A stretch of 64,000 nt of DNA. Source: Spirochaetia bacterium. GTDB taxonomy: Bacteria > Spirochaetota > Spirochaetia > SZUA-6 > Bin103. The notes beneath the pieces were generated by a model. The model had not been told where the DNA came from. It did not search any database and saw nothing but the letters and a program-made list of their open reading frames with translations. Numbering within the stretch: the first letter of the stretch is position 1; every line of letters starts with the position of its first letter. Positions 51,634 to 61,182 of this stretch are shown here, piece by piece. A program made the position numbers and the translations under genes. The stretch is from positions 1,952,001 through 2,016,000 of the forward strand of contig OZ241907.1 of the NCBI GenBank assembly GCA_965203515.1, given 5' to 3'.

Positions 51634-53061
51634 GTGAACAAGTTGGCGGTCTTTCGACAGGAAGCGTCGATCGGCGCCCGCGTAACGCTTCGCCTCACGC
51701 GCGGAGAAGACGTCTCCGGTCGCGTCGCGCAGCTTGACGACGCATACGTCCGTCTTGATCTCGAAGGCAGGACCGTCACCATCTTCGCGGAGATCCTTGC
51801 CGGGTGGGAGCTACACCACGGAGCGGGAGCGGAACCCGTGACCGCAGGACGCCGCGAGGCCCTGCGTTCCCCGGCGAAGCTCTACCCGGACGATGATTTT
51901 CGTCATCTTGACAATCGGTACGCACCATTCGCCGAGGGGGGACCGGTTGACGAGCCGAACATGTTTGTCGGCCGCGGCGAGCTCCTGGATCGGCTTGAAC
52001 ACTCACTTCTCGCCGGATCGGCAAGCAAGTCGATCGTCATGTTCGGCCAGAAACGCGCCGGAAAATCATCCCTGATCGAACACCTCAGGAGGCGACTAGC
52101 TGGTAACGACCGAGTCGTACCGGTATGCTTCAGCATGCAGGATATCGCGTCCGATTTGTCGGTAACGGCCTTCCTTTACCGCATCCTTCAGAGTGTCTCC
52201 GAGGTACTGGAGGAGCGTCGATTCGACGGCCGCGATGTCCCCGATTTTGCGCCGCCTGCGATCGAAGAGATGGAATCTCACCCGGAGACACGGTTCCACG
52301 GCGCCTTGACTTCTCTGATGCGAGACACGAGACATCACCCATCCCGTCTCAGTTTCGTCTTTCTGATAGACGAATTCACGGATATCTTCAAGGAGATCAG
52401 GAGAGGACGTATCCCGAGTCAGTTCATGAAGACATGGAAGGCGATCATAGAAAAGAAGTACTTCGCGTCGGTGCTTGTCGGACAGGACATCATGCCGGCG
52501 TTCAAGGCCGCGTTTCCCAATGAATTCGGAGTCACCGAAGACATCAGGGTGACGTATCTGGACGAAGCGGCTGCGACGACGTTGGTCGAAAAGCCGATCG
52601 GCAAGGATCGCTTCGCGGGATGCGCGGTGAAGCGGCTTCTTGATCTGACCGCCGGCAGTCCGTACTACACGATGATGTTCTGCGCTCGACTCGTAGACTA
52701 CATGAATACGACCCGTTCGATGATCGTGACGGAAGCCGACATTCGCGCCGTGGAAGAGGAAATGCTGCGCGGGGAACGCAGACTGACGAAGGACAAGTTC
52801 GACAATCTGTTGTCTGCGGGCGACGGAGTGGAGGACTCCGGCATCGACCCGGACGAAACCTATGCCGTATGCGCCGCGATCGCCTGCGGCTCCGGGAAGG
52901 AGACGTGGTGCTCACGTCATGTGATACGGGAGTTTGGAGATGCCGATCTAGACCGTCTTCTCCAGGACCTGGAGACGCGCGACGTCGTTGAGCGCAAGGG
53001 AGACGCCTACCGTCTGCGAGTAGGGCTGTTCAGAGACTGGTTGATGGCGCGTCAGGGTTGA
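51634..53061 (+). CDS. STAND-like ATPase with N-terminal Sm-like domain and C-terminal winged helix
   Basis: FVGR, GQKRAGKSS, FLIDEF, TAGSPYY, YRLRVGLFRDWL. Confidence 0.8.
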   Translation: MNKLAVFRQEASIGARVTLRLTRGEDVSGRVAQLDDAYVRLDLEGRTVTIFAEILAGWELHHGAGAEPVTAGRREALRSPAKLYPDDDFRHLDNRYAPFAEGGPVDEPNMFVGRGELLDRLEHSLLAGSASKSIVMFGQKRAGKSSLIEHLRRRLAGNDRVVPVCFSMQDIASDLSVTAFLYRILQSVSEVLEERRFDGRDVPDFAPPAIEEMESHPETRFHGALTSLMRDTRHHPSRLSFVFLIDEFTDIFKEIRRGRIPSQFMKTWKAIIEKKYFASVLVGQDIMPAFKAAFPNEFGVTEDIRVTYLDEAAATTLVEKPIGKDRFAGCAVKRLLDLTAGSPYYTMMFCARLVDYMNTTRSMIVTEADIRAVEEEMLRGERRLTKDKFDNLLSAGDGVEDSGIDPDETYAVCAAIACGSGKETWCSRHVIREFGDADLDRLLQDLETRDVVERKGDAYRLRVGLFRDWLMARQG

Positions 53062-53066
53062 CCGAC

Positions 53067-53323
53067 ATGGCGCGTCCCAATCCGTATGCTGATTTTGGCG
53101 GAACGGTGACGGAGACCGGCCGCACTTTGGGGAACCGCTCCTCGGACGCAACAAGCAGGACTGGGCTACCAACTTCAAGGTGCTCGCCAAGGTGAGGACG
53201 CCTCTGGCCCACAATCGTGAGGAGGCGGTCACCGAAGCGGATCGGTTGCAGGCGGAGGGGATCTGCCGCGCGATACTGGAACGGTACGAGACTTGGAAAT
53301 CGGCCCATGCTTCGGCCGGATGA
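53067..53323 (+). pseudogene. Internally deleted STAND-HEPN (Swt1-like) gene
   Basis: MARPNPYADFGGTV joined out of frame to ...VLAKVRTPLAHNR (Rx4H)... Confidence 0.6.
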
Positions 53324-53431
53324 GCCACAGGCGTAACCAGGAACCGGATGTCAGGAGCGACGCTCCGATCGTGATCGCACTTTCCGTGCTGATTCCGGGC
53401 GGGCTGCTCGGAACTGGCCACGTGTTTCAGT

Positions 53432-54901
53432 TCAGAACCGCCGCGACCATGCCTCCGGCCAGCGTTCGACGACCACCTTGGTCTGCGTGAAGAACTCGAT
53501 GGCGTGCTTCCCCTGGCCGTGCAGCGTGCCGAAGAAGCTGTCGCGCCAGCCGGAGAAGGGAAAGAAGGCCATGGGCGCCGCCACGCCCAGGTTGACGCCG
53601 ATGTTGCCCACGTCCGCCTCATGGCGAAAGCGGCGGGCCGCCGCGCCGCTGCCGGTGAACAGGCACGCCATGTTGCCGTAGCGGCCGCTGTTCACCAGGC
53701 GGATCGCGGCGTCGACGTCGGGCACCTCCATCACGCCGAGTACCGGTCCGAATATCTCGGTGGCGGCGGTCGTGCCGGCCGGCGGCACGCCGCGCAGCAA
53801 CGTCGGTCCCACGAACGACCCGCCGGGGTGGCCGTCGACGGTCCGACCGCGGCCGTCGACGACCACGCGCGCCCCTTCGTCGGCCGCCGCGCCGATCGAC
53901 GCCTCGATCCGGTCGCGGCTCTGCCGCGTGATGACCGGGCCCATCTCCACGCCGTCGTGCAGGCCGTTGCCGACCACCCGTGAGCCGGCGATCTGCCCCA
54001 TCACGTCGACGAACGGGTCGGCGGCATCGCCGACCGCAATCGCCAGGGAGGCGGCCAGGCAGCGCTGCCCGGCGCAGCCGAAGGCGCTGTCCGCCGCGAT
54101 CGCGCCGGTCATGTCGAGGTCGGCGTCCGGCAGCACCACGATCGGGTTCTTGGCGCCGCCCTGCGCCTGCACCCGCTTGCCGGCGGCCGACGCGGCGGCG
54201 TAGACGTGTCGGGCCACCGGCGTGGAGCCGACGAAGCTGACCGCGTCGATGCCGGGGTGCTCCAGGATCGCGTCGACGACGCGGCGGTCGCCGTTGATCA
54301 GGTTGGCCGCGCCGGGCGGGAATCCCGCCTCGTCCAGAAGCTCGAAGACCGCCCGCATGGTGAGCGGCGTCCGCTCGGACGGCTTGACGATGCAGGTATT
54401 GCCGCACGCCAGCGCGTACGGAAGGAACCAGAACGGGATCATCGCCGGGAAGTTGAACGGACAGACGATCGCGCAGACGCCGACCGGCTGCCGGATCATC
54501 ACTTCGTCGATGCCGGCGGCCACGTCCTCCAGGAAGTCGCCCTGCATGAGCATCGGGGCGCCGCACGCGACCTCGACGTTCTCGATCGCGCGCTTCAACT
54601 CGCCCTGCGACTCGGCCAGCGTCTTGCCGTTCTCCTCGGTGATCACCCGCGCCAGCTCGCCCGCGCGCTCGTCCAGCAGCGCCTTGAGTCGAAACAGCGG
54701 CTGGATGCGGTCCTCCACCGGCGTGGCGCGCCACTCGCGCAAGGCCGCCGCGGCCGCCGCTACCGCCGAATCGAGATCGCGGCCGGCCGACAGCGCCACG
54801 CGGCCGATCGTCGCCGCCGTTGCCGGGTTGCGGACGTCCAGGAAGTCGGCGTCGCCGGATCGCTGCCATCCGCCGCCGACATGGTTCAGTGCCGTGGTCA
54901 T
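53432..54901 (-). CDS. mmsA: CoA-acylating methylmalonate/malonate-semialdehyde dehydrogenase
   Basis: [39 protein letters not shown]. Confidence 0.9.
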   Translation of the reverse strand: MTTALNHVGGGWQRSGDADFLDVRNPATAATIGRVALSAGRDLDSAVAAAAAALREWRATPVEDRIQPLFRLKALLDERAGELARVITEENGKTLAESQGELKRAIENVEVACGAPMLMQGDFLEDVAAGIDEVMIRQPVGVCAIVCPFNFPAMIPFWFLPYALACGNTCIVKPSERTPLTMRAVFELLDEAGFPPGAANLINGDRRVVDAILEHPGIDAVSFVGSTPVARHVYAAASAAGKRVQAQGGAKNPIVVLPDADLDMTGAIAADSAFGCAGQRCLAASLAIAVGDAADPFVDVMGQIAGSRVVGNGLHDGVEMGPVITRQSRDRIEASIGAAADEGARVVVDGRGRTVDGHPGGSFVGPTLLRGVPPAGTTAATEIFGPVLGVMEVPDVDAAIRLVNSGRYGNMACLFTGSGAAARRFRHEADVGNIGVNLGVAAPMAFFPFSGWRDSFFGTLHGQGKHAIEFFTQTKVVVERWPEAWSRRF

Positions 54902-54932
54902 CGCCTGGACGGTACCATGCCGGTCAGAACAG

Positions 54933-55310
54933 ATGAACGGCCCCACGACCGGCGACGACCGCTGGCGGCACGGCCGAGAGCTCTACGCGGCCGGCCAGCA
55001 CTGGCGCGCGCATGAGGCGTGGGAAGCGCTCTGGCTCCGCAGGAAGGGCACGGCGGACGGAGCGTTTCTGCGGGCGGCCATCCAGGTGGCGGCGGCGATG
55101 GTGAAGGCCGAGCAGGGCAACCTGACCGGAGTGCGCAAGAACCTGCTGAAGGCGGTCGCCAACCTGAGCGGTCTGCCGGCGCGCTGCCGGGACGTCGATA
55201 CGCGCGCGCTGGCCGCCGCCTGCGAGCGCTGCGCGCGCTACGCGGCACGCCGCGCGCAGGCGAAGGACGGCGGCGCGTTCGACTGGCGCTGCAAGCCGGC
55301 CCTGACCTGA
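54933..55310 (+). CDS. DUF309 protein
   Basis: HEAWEALW...IQVAAA. Confidence 0.75.
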   Translation: MNGPTTGDDRWRHGRELYAAGQHWRAHEAWEALWLRRKGTADGAFLRAAIQVAAAMVKAEQGNLTGVRKNLLKAVANLSGLPARCRDVDTRALAAACERCARYAARRAQAKDGGAFDWRCKPALT

Positions 55311-55350
55311 CCGGCCGGGCGGCGCATCCCCGGCAGGGCGTTCGGCGGCC

Positions 55351-56658
55351 TCAGCGGACGGCGGCTGCGGGCGCTTCGGGGGGACGTTCCGGGATCGCGG
55401 GCACCCGGAGCAGCAGCGCGCCGCCGATCACGAACAGCGCCACCAGGCTGAGCACCCCGGTGCTGGTGTCGCCGGTGAGCTGCGCGAACACCCCCACCAG
55501 CAGAGGTCCCAGAATCGCCGCGAACTTGCCGAATATGTTGTAGAAGCCAAAGAACTCCGCCGCGGACGCCGCGGGGATCAGCCGCGCGTAGTAGGAGCGG
55601 GACAGCGCCTGGATGCCGCCCTGCGAAGTGCCGACCAGCAGCGCGATCGCCCAGAACATCGGCACCTGCGCCGACTCCGGCAGCCGCGGGATCGCGAATG
55701 CCGCCGCCGTCACCACGACGTAGACGCCGATGCCGGCCAGCAGCATCGTGCGCGGCGAGGTGAGCGCGGCGAGCTTTCCGTACAGCAGCGTGCACGGGAA
55801 CGCCACCACCTGGACCGCCAGCAATACCGCCAGCACGGTTTCGGCGGCCAGCCCGATGTCGGTGCCGTAGGCGGTCGCCAGTCTGATGATGGTGCCGACG
55901 CCGTCGATGTAGAAGAAATAGGCGAGCAGAAACAGCATCACCGTCCGGTAACGCCGGATCTCGCGCACCACGCTCACCATCCGCCCCAGCGCGTCGCGGA
56001 GGGTATCGGCGACGCCGCGGCCGGCGACCGGCAGATAGTGGACCTGACGCACGTGACGCAGGAGCGGCACGGTGAACAGCAGCCACCACACCGCCGCGAT
56101 CACGAACGCGATCCGCACCCCCGAGCCGCCGATCGTCAGGCCGAGCTGCGGCAGGCCCATCGCCACCGCCAGCGCCAGGACGAACGGCAGGGAGCCGCCG
56201 ACGTATCCCCAGGCGTAGCCGGCGGCGGACACCCGGTCCATGCGCTCCGGCGGACTGACGTCGGGCAGAAATGCGTCGTAGAAGACGTTGGCGCCGGCGA
56301 AACCGATGCCGGACACGACGTACAGCGCGAGGGCGGCCAACGGCCGGCCGGCGGCGGCAAAGGCGATGGCGCCGGTCGCGGTCACTCCGACCGCGAAGAA
56401 GGACGCGAAGAACCGCTTCTTGCGGCCCTGGTAATCGCCCAGGGGGCCGAGCGCCGTCGCCAACACGGCCACCACCAGCGTGAACAGGCTGTTGGCGAAC
56501 GCCAGCCAGGCGGTCGAGGTGGCGCCGGGAACATCGGCGGCGATCTCGGTCTTGAAGAACAGCGGGAACACGGCCGTGGTGACCGCCAGCGAATAGGCGG
56601 AGTTGGCCACGTCGTACAGCACCCAACTGCGCTCGCCGCGGCTGAATCCGGTTGCCAT
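55351..56658 (-). CDS. MFS transporter (UMF1/Atg22-like)
   Basis: WVLYDVANSAY, FYDAFLPDV, QALSRS, FFGFY. Confidence 0.9.
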   Translation of the reverse strand: MATGFSRGERSWVLYDVANSAYSLAVTTAVFPLFFKTEIAADVPGATSTAWLAFANSLFTLVVAVLATALGPLGDYQGRKKRFFASFFAVGVTATGAIAFAAAGRPLAALALYVVSGIGFAGANVFYDAFLPDVSPPERMDRVSAAGYAWGYVGGSLPFVLALAVAMGLPQLGLTIGGSGVRIAFVIAAVWWLLFTVPLLRHVRQVHYLPVAGRGVADTLRDALGRMVSVVREIRRYRTVMLFLLAYFFYIDGVGTIIRLATAYGTDIGLAAETVLAVLLAVQVVAFPCTLLYGKLAALTSPRTMLLAGIGVYVVVTAAAFAIPRLPESAQVPMFWAIALLVGTSQGGIQALSRSYYARLIPAASAAEFFGFYNIFGKFAAILGPLLVGVFAQLTGDTSTGVLSLVALFVIGGALLLRVPAIPERPPEAPAAAVR

Positions 56659-56666
56659 CGCCGCGA

Positions 56667-58412
56667 TCAGCCGGCGCGGGCGTTCCGCGCCCAGGCCAGG
56701 AACCGCTCCGCCGGCCACGTGTTGACGATCGCCGCGGGAGGAACCCAGCCGCCCTGGGCGAGCTGCACTCCCCAGCGCATGCGGTCCAGCTCGCGCACGT
56801 GGTGAGCGTCCGTGCTCGCCACGAACATGACGCCCGCCTCGGCGGCGCGCCGCAGCAGAGCCGCATCCGGGTCGAGCCGCGGCAGGCCGCTGTTGATCTC
56901 GATCGCCGTGCCGGTAGCGACCGCGGCGCCGACGATCCGTTCGAAGTCGAGCTCGATCCCCGGCCGTTTGCCCATCATCCGCCCGGTGAGGTGGCCGATG
57001 ACGTTGACCGCAGGATCGCGCATCGCCGTGATGATCCGCTCGGTCTGCCGATCGCGGTCCAGATCGAATCCCGAGTGCACGGACGCCACGCACCAGTCGA
57101 ACCCGCCTCGGAAGGCGGCGTCGTAGTCCAGGCGGCCGTCCGCGGCGATATTGAGCTCTACGCCGTGCAGGAGGCGGATGTCGCCGTGCCGCTCCTGCGC
57201 GCGCGCCAACCTCCGGCGCTGGTCGAGGAACCGTTCACGGCTCACGCCGTTGCGGCCGATCCCTTCGGCATGGTCGGTGACCGCCAGGTAGGCGTAACCG
57301 CGCGCGCGGGCCGCATCGACCACCTCCGCCAGGGTCGAAACGCCGTCGCCCGACAGATCGGTGTGCAGGTGCAGGTCGCCCCTTATGTCGGCCAGCGACA
57401 CCGGCGGCGGCAGCCGGCCGGCCGCCGCGGCGGCCACCTCGCCGGCGCCGAGCCGAGCCGGCGGCGGCACGGACTGCAGCCCCAGACGTTCGTAGATGCC
57501 GGCCTCGTCCGCGACGGGGATGAGCGCGCCGTCGCCGTCCCGCAAGCCTTCCCGGTCGAGCCGCAGCCCACGCTCGGCGGCCCGCGCGGCCAGCGCCTGC
57601 AGGTGCGGCGCCGAGCCGGTGTCGCGGAGCAGGGCGGCCGCGAACCGTTCCGGCGGCGCCACGGCCAGCCGGACCGGCACGCCGCGGTGGGTGGTCAGCG
57701 TGGCCGACCGGGCTGCGGTGCGGACCGAACGTCCGTCGCGCAACCCGGTAAACCGGTGCAGCGCCGCGGCAGCATCGGACGCGGCGGCCAGCAGCCGCGC
57801 CTCGCGCACCATGGGCAGGAGGCGGCGCAGCTCCCCCGACACCTCGACCCGCTCCACGCCGTCCGCGCGCGCCAGCTCGGCGGCGATGCGCTCGGCCACC
57901 GGCATGACCCGCGCGATCGGCCACGCGTCGCGGCCCATGGAGACCAGGAACCGCTCGCCGCGCGCGAGCGCGGCCTTGACGCCCTTGCCAAGGCCCGGCA
58001 GCGCCTCCACCGCGCCGCTGGCCAGCGCCTCCTGCAGCCGCTCGATCGAGTCGACGCCCAGCTCGCGGCGCAGGCGGGCCAGCGTCTTGGGGCCGACGCC
58101 CGGCATCTGCGCCAGACGCTGATAATCGGGCGGATACCGCGCCCGCAGCCGCTCCAGCTTGGCGATCGCGCCGCAGTCGACGCATTCCCGGATCTTGCGC
58201 GCGATGGTCGCCCCCACCCCGGGCAGCGCCACCAGCTCCGCTTCGGTCATGGCCGGCAGGTCCCGGCCCGACTCGCGCAGGACGGCGATCGCCTTCCCGT
58301 ACGCGCGGGCGCGAAACGACTGCCCGCCGTCGTCCAGGATCGTCAACGCGCGCAGCTCGTCCAGCGCTTCGAGCACCGCCTCCGCGGAGATCCGCGCATC
58401 CGGCTCCGACAT
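56667..58412 (-). CDS. polX: PolX-PHP protein with altered polymerase active site
   Basis: HhH repeats, TGS.PH, GDLHLHT..SGDG, TDH, GVE, TDAH; ELRR..MVREARL instead of SLRR..GDID. Confidence 0.85.
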   Translation of the reverse strand: MSEPDARISAEAVLEALDELRALTILDDGGQSFRARAYGKAIAVLRESGRDLPAMTEAELVALPGVGATIARKIRECVDCGAIAKLERLRARYPPDYQRLAQMPGVGPKTLARLRRELGVDSIERLQEALASGAVEALPGLGKGVKAALARGERFLVSMGRDAWPIARVMPVAERIAAELARADGVERVEVSGELRRLLPMVREARLLAAASDAAAALHRFTGLRDGRSVRTAARSATLTTHRGVPVRLAVAPPERFAAALLRDTGSAPHLQALAARAAERGLRLDREGLRDGDGALIPVADEAGIYERLGLQSVPPPARLGAGEVAAAAAGRLPPPVSLADIRGDLHLHTDLSGDGVSTLAEVVDAARARGYAYLAVTDHAEGIGRNGVSRERFLDQRRRLARAQERHGDIRLLHGVELNIAADGRLDYDAAFRGGFDWCVASVHSGFDLDRDRQTERIITAMRDPAVNVIGHLTGRMMGKRPGIELDFERIVGAAVATGTAIEINSGLPRLDPDAALLRRAAEAGVMFVASTDAHHVRELDRMRWGVQLAQGGWVPPAAIVNTWPAERFLAWARNARAG

Positions 58413-58449
58413 GGGCACAGACTACCCGCTCCGCCCTATAGTGTCCGTC

Positions 58450-59751
58450 GTGGCCGGCACTCCGGCGGAGACGCTCGACATCGGCGGGCGCTCGGTCCGC
58501 ATCTCCAACCCCGACAAGGTCTACTTTCCGGAGGCCGGCATCACCAAGCTGGAACTGGTCCGCTACTACCTGACCGTAGCCGAGGCGGCGGTGCGCGCCG
58601 TCTACGACCGGCCGATCGTGCTGAAGCGCTACGTGGACGGCATCACCGGCGAGGGATTCTTCCAGAAGCGGGCTCCCGCACACCGGCCGACGTGGGTGCG
58701 AACGGTGGAGTTGCGCTTTCCCTCCGGCCGCACCGCCCACGAGCTGGTGGTCACCGAGCCGGCGCAGATCGCCTGGATGACCAATCTGGGAAACATCGAC
58801 CTGAACCCGCATCCGGTGCGCGCGAGCGATCTGGAGCATCCCGACGAGCTGCGCATCGACCTCGATCCGTGTCCCGGCGTGCCCTGGGACGACGTGCGCC
58901 GCGTCGCCGCGGTCACCCGCGCGGTGCTGGAGGAGAACGGCCTGATCGCCTGGCCCAAGACGACCGGCTCGCGCGGCATGCACGTCTACGCGCGGATCGA
59001 ACCGCGTTGGGGCTTCACGGACGTGCGCCGCGCGGCGCTCGCCGTCTCGCGCGAGGTGGAGCGGCGCGCCCCGGGACTGGCCACCAGCAAGTGGTGGAAG
59101 GAGGAACGGGTCGGAGTCTTTCTGGACTACAACCAGAACGCCAAGGACCGCACCATCGCCGCCGCCTACTCGGTCCGCCCCAACCAGTGGGCGCTGGTCT
59201 CCGCTCCGCTCACCTGGGACGAGGCGCCGGCGTGCGACCCGGCCGACTTCACGCTGCGCACCATGCCGGCGCGGCTGCGCGAGCGCGGCGATCCGGCCGC
59301 CGACATGGACGCCCGGCCGGGATCGCTCGATTCGTTGCTGGAGGTGGCGGCGCGCCACGAAGCGGCGGGACTGGGCGACGCGCCGTGGCCTCCGCACTAT
59401 GCCAAGCAGCGACGCGAGCCGCCGCGGGTGAGTCCGTCGCGCCGGCGCCGCGGGCCGTCCCCGACCGGCCGGCGCCGATCGACCATGCCGCTGATCGTGA
59501 TCGCTCAGGCAAAGACCGAGGCGGAGGCACGCGCCGGCCTGGACCGCTGGCGCGCCCGCCATCCCGAGGCGGCGGCCCGCCTGCGGCCCGACGACGTGCT
59601 GGTCGACGCGATGCGCGGCCGCCACTCGGTCTGGACCCGCATCCGCGTCAACCTGCGCCACGTCCCGGAGGCCGACCGGCCGCCGCAGGAGCCGCCCGAC
59701 CCCGACTACGACCCTTCCGTCGAATGGGACCCGCCGCGCAGCCCCGGTTGA
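58450..59751 (+). CDS. LigD-type primase-polymerase (stand-alone) with C-terminal extension
   Basis: SNPDKVYFP, FFQKR, IDLDP, KTTGSRGMH, LDYNQN, YSVRP. Confidence 0.9.
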   Translation: MAGTPAETLDIGGRSVRISNPDKVYFPEAGITKLELVRYYLTVAEAAVRAVYDRPIVLKRYVDGITGEGFFQKRAPAHRPTWVRTVELRFPSGRTAHELVVTEPAQIAWMTNLGNIDLNPHPVRASDLEHPDELRIDLDPCPGVPWDDVRRVAAVTRAVLEENGLIAWPKTTGSRGMHVYARIEPRWGFTDVRRAALAVSREVERRAPGLATSKWWKEERVGVFLDYNQNAKDRTIAAAYSVRPNQWALVSAPLTWDEAPACDPADFTLRTMPARLRERGDPAADMDARPGSLDSLLEVAARHEAAGLGDAPWPPHYAKQRREPPRVSPSRRRRGPSPTGRRRSTMPLIVIAQAKTEAEARAGLDRWRARHPEAAARLRPDDVLVDAMRGRHSVWTRIRVNLRHVPEADRPPQEPPDPDYDPSVEWDPPRSPG

Positions 59752-59769
59752 CACGGCGTACCTGACCGT

Positions 59770-60984
59770 TCAGTAGGGGCGGCTGGTCCCGTCGGAAAGA
59801 CGCGGCACGGGCCGCAGGCTGGCGCGGTCGTCGCACGGGAAGCGGGCGGCCAGCGCCTCGTCCATCTCGATCCCCCATCCGGGCCGCTCGCTTACGTCCA
59901 CGGCGCCGTCCCGGACCTCTGGGATGCCGGGAAACAGATCCTCCTCGGCCGGGGCGCGGAACGCCCACTCCTGGATGCCGAAGTTCGGCGCGTGCACGTC
60001 CAGATGGACGTTCGCGGCCATGCCGATGGGCGACACGTCACGCGGACCGTGCCACGCCGTGCGCACGCCGAAGGCCGAGCAGAGATGCGCCAGCCGGAGC
60101 GCCGCGGTGATCCCGCCGTAGGTGGAGACGTGCACGCGCACGAAGTCGATCAGCCGCTCGCTCACCAGCGGCTCGACCTCCAGGGGATGGGCGAACAGCT
60201 CGCCCATCGCCAGCGGCACCGCGCACTGCGAGCGGAGCATGCGGAAGTAGCCCAGGTCCTCCGGCGCCAGCGGGTCCTCCAGGAAGAAGAGCCGGTACGG
60301 CTCCAGCGCCTTGGCCAGCCGCACCGCGTCGATCGGCGCCAGGCGCTCGTGGATGTCGTACAGCAGCTCCGCCTCCGCCGGCAGCCCGGCGCGCACCGTC
60401 GCGAACAGCTCCGGCACGCGGCGCAGCTTCTCGCCCGGATCGAAGAAGGCCGAACCGGTGCCGCCCGCGTGGGCCAGGCTGCCGGCAGCCGTGCCGGCCC
60501 GCCCGGCGCCGGCACCCTCGTAGCCGCCGAGCTGGCAGCGGAGGTAACGGAACCCCTGCTCCCAGTAGCGCAGCGCGTGATCGAGCACCTGCTGCGGCTC
60601 CCGGCCGTCGGCGTGCACGTACACGGCCGCGGCGCCGCGGCTGCGGCCGCCCCAGAGCTGGTAGCACGGCAGGCCGACGGCCCTGCCCTTGATGTCCCAC
60701 AGCGCCATCTCCACGGCGCTCACGGCGTTGTTCAGCACCGGGCCGTTGCGCCAGTAGCCGTCGTGCATGGCGCTGTGCCAGAAGTCGGCGATCGCCGCCG
60801 CGTCGCGGCCGATCGCGAACGGCTTCAGATGGCGTTCGATCGCGGCCTGGACCGCCCGGTACCGTTGCGTGAAGGTGCCGCAGCCCCAGCCGTGCAGGCC
60901 GGGCTGATCCGTGACGACCTTGGCTACGATCAGCGGAATCCCGGCCGGCTGCACCGCGTAGGTGACGACGTCCTCGATACGCAC
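59770..60984 (-). CDS. Enolase-superfamily dehydratase (RspA/ManD-like)
   Basis: YWRNGP, ALWDIKG, DIHERL, FFLED, GELF, AWHGP. Confidence 0.88.
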   Translation of the reverse strand: MRIEDVVTYAVQPAGIPLIVAKVVTDQPGLHGWGCGTFTQRYRAVQAAIERHLKPFAIGRDAAAIADFWHSAMHDGYWRNGPVLNNAVSAVEMALWDIKGRAVGLPCYQLWGGRSRGAAAVYVHADGREPQQVLDHALRYWEQGFRYLRCQLGGYEGAGAGRAGTAAGSLAHAGGTGSAFFDPGEKLRRVPELFATVRAGLPAEAELLYDIHERLAPIDAVRLAKALEPYRLFFLEDPLAPEDLGYFRMLRSQCAVPLAMGELFAHPLEVEPLVSERLIDFVRVHVSTYGGITAALRLAHLCSAFGVRTAWHGPRDVSPIGMAANVHLDVHAPNFGIQEWAFRAPAEEDLFPGIPEVRDGAVDVSERPGWGIEMDEALAARFPCDDRASLRPVPRLSDGTSRPY

Positions 60985-61097
60985 GCCGCTACGCCGCGCT
61001 GCGGATGCTCGCTCCGGCTCCCGCTTCAGGTGCTCGTGGGTGTCGACCAGCGGCGTCTCTCCGGATGTGATGTGTCAGCTCCGTTGCCACCGTCTCT

Positions 61098-61182
61098 CTC
61101 CTTCCCGCGCGCGGCGACGGTCGAGCCATGCCATGCCATGCCGCAGATGCTCAGCTCCCTCCTTCCCGCGCGCGGCGACGGT
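61098..61182. repeat. 24-bp direct repeat x2 enclosing (GCCAT)3
   Basis: ctccttcccgcgcgcggcgacggt at 61098 and 61159. Confidence 0.85.

Noticed and set aside
61098..61182. 24-bp repeat pair with 37-bp spacer as a mini-CRISPR
   Set aside because: Only two copies, low-complexity spacer, no cas genes or leader
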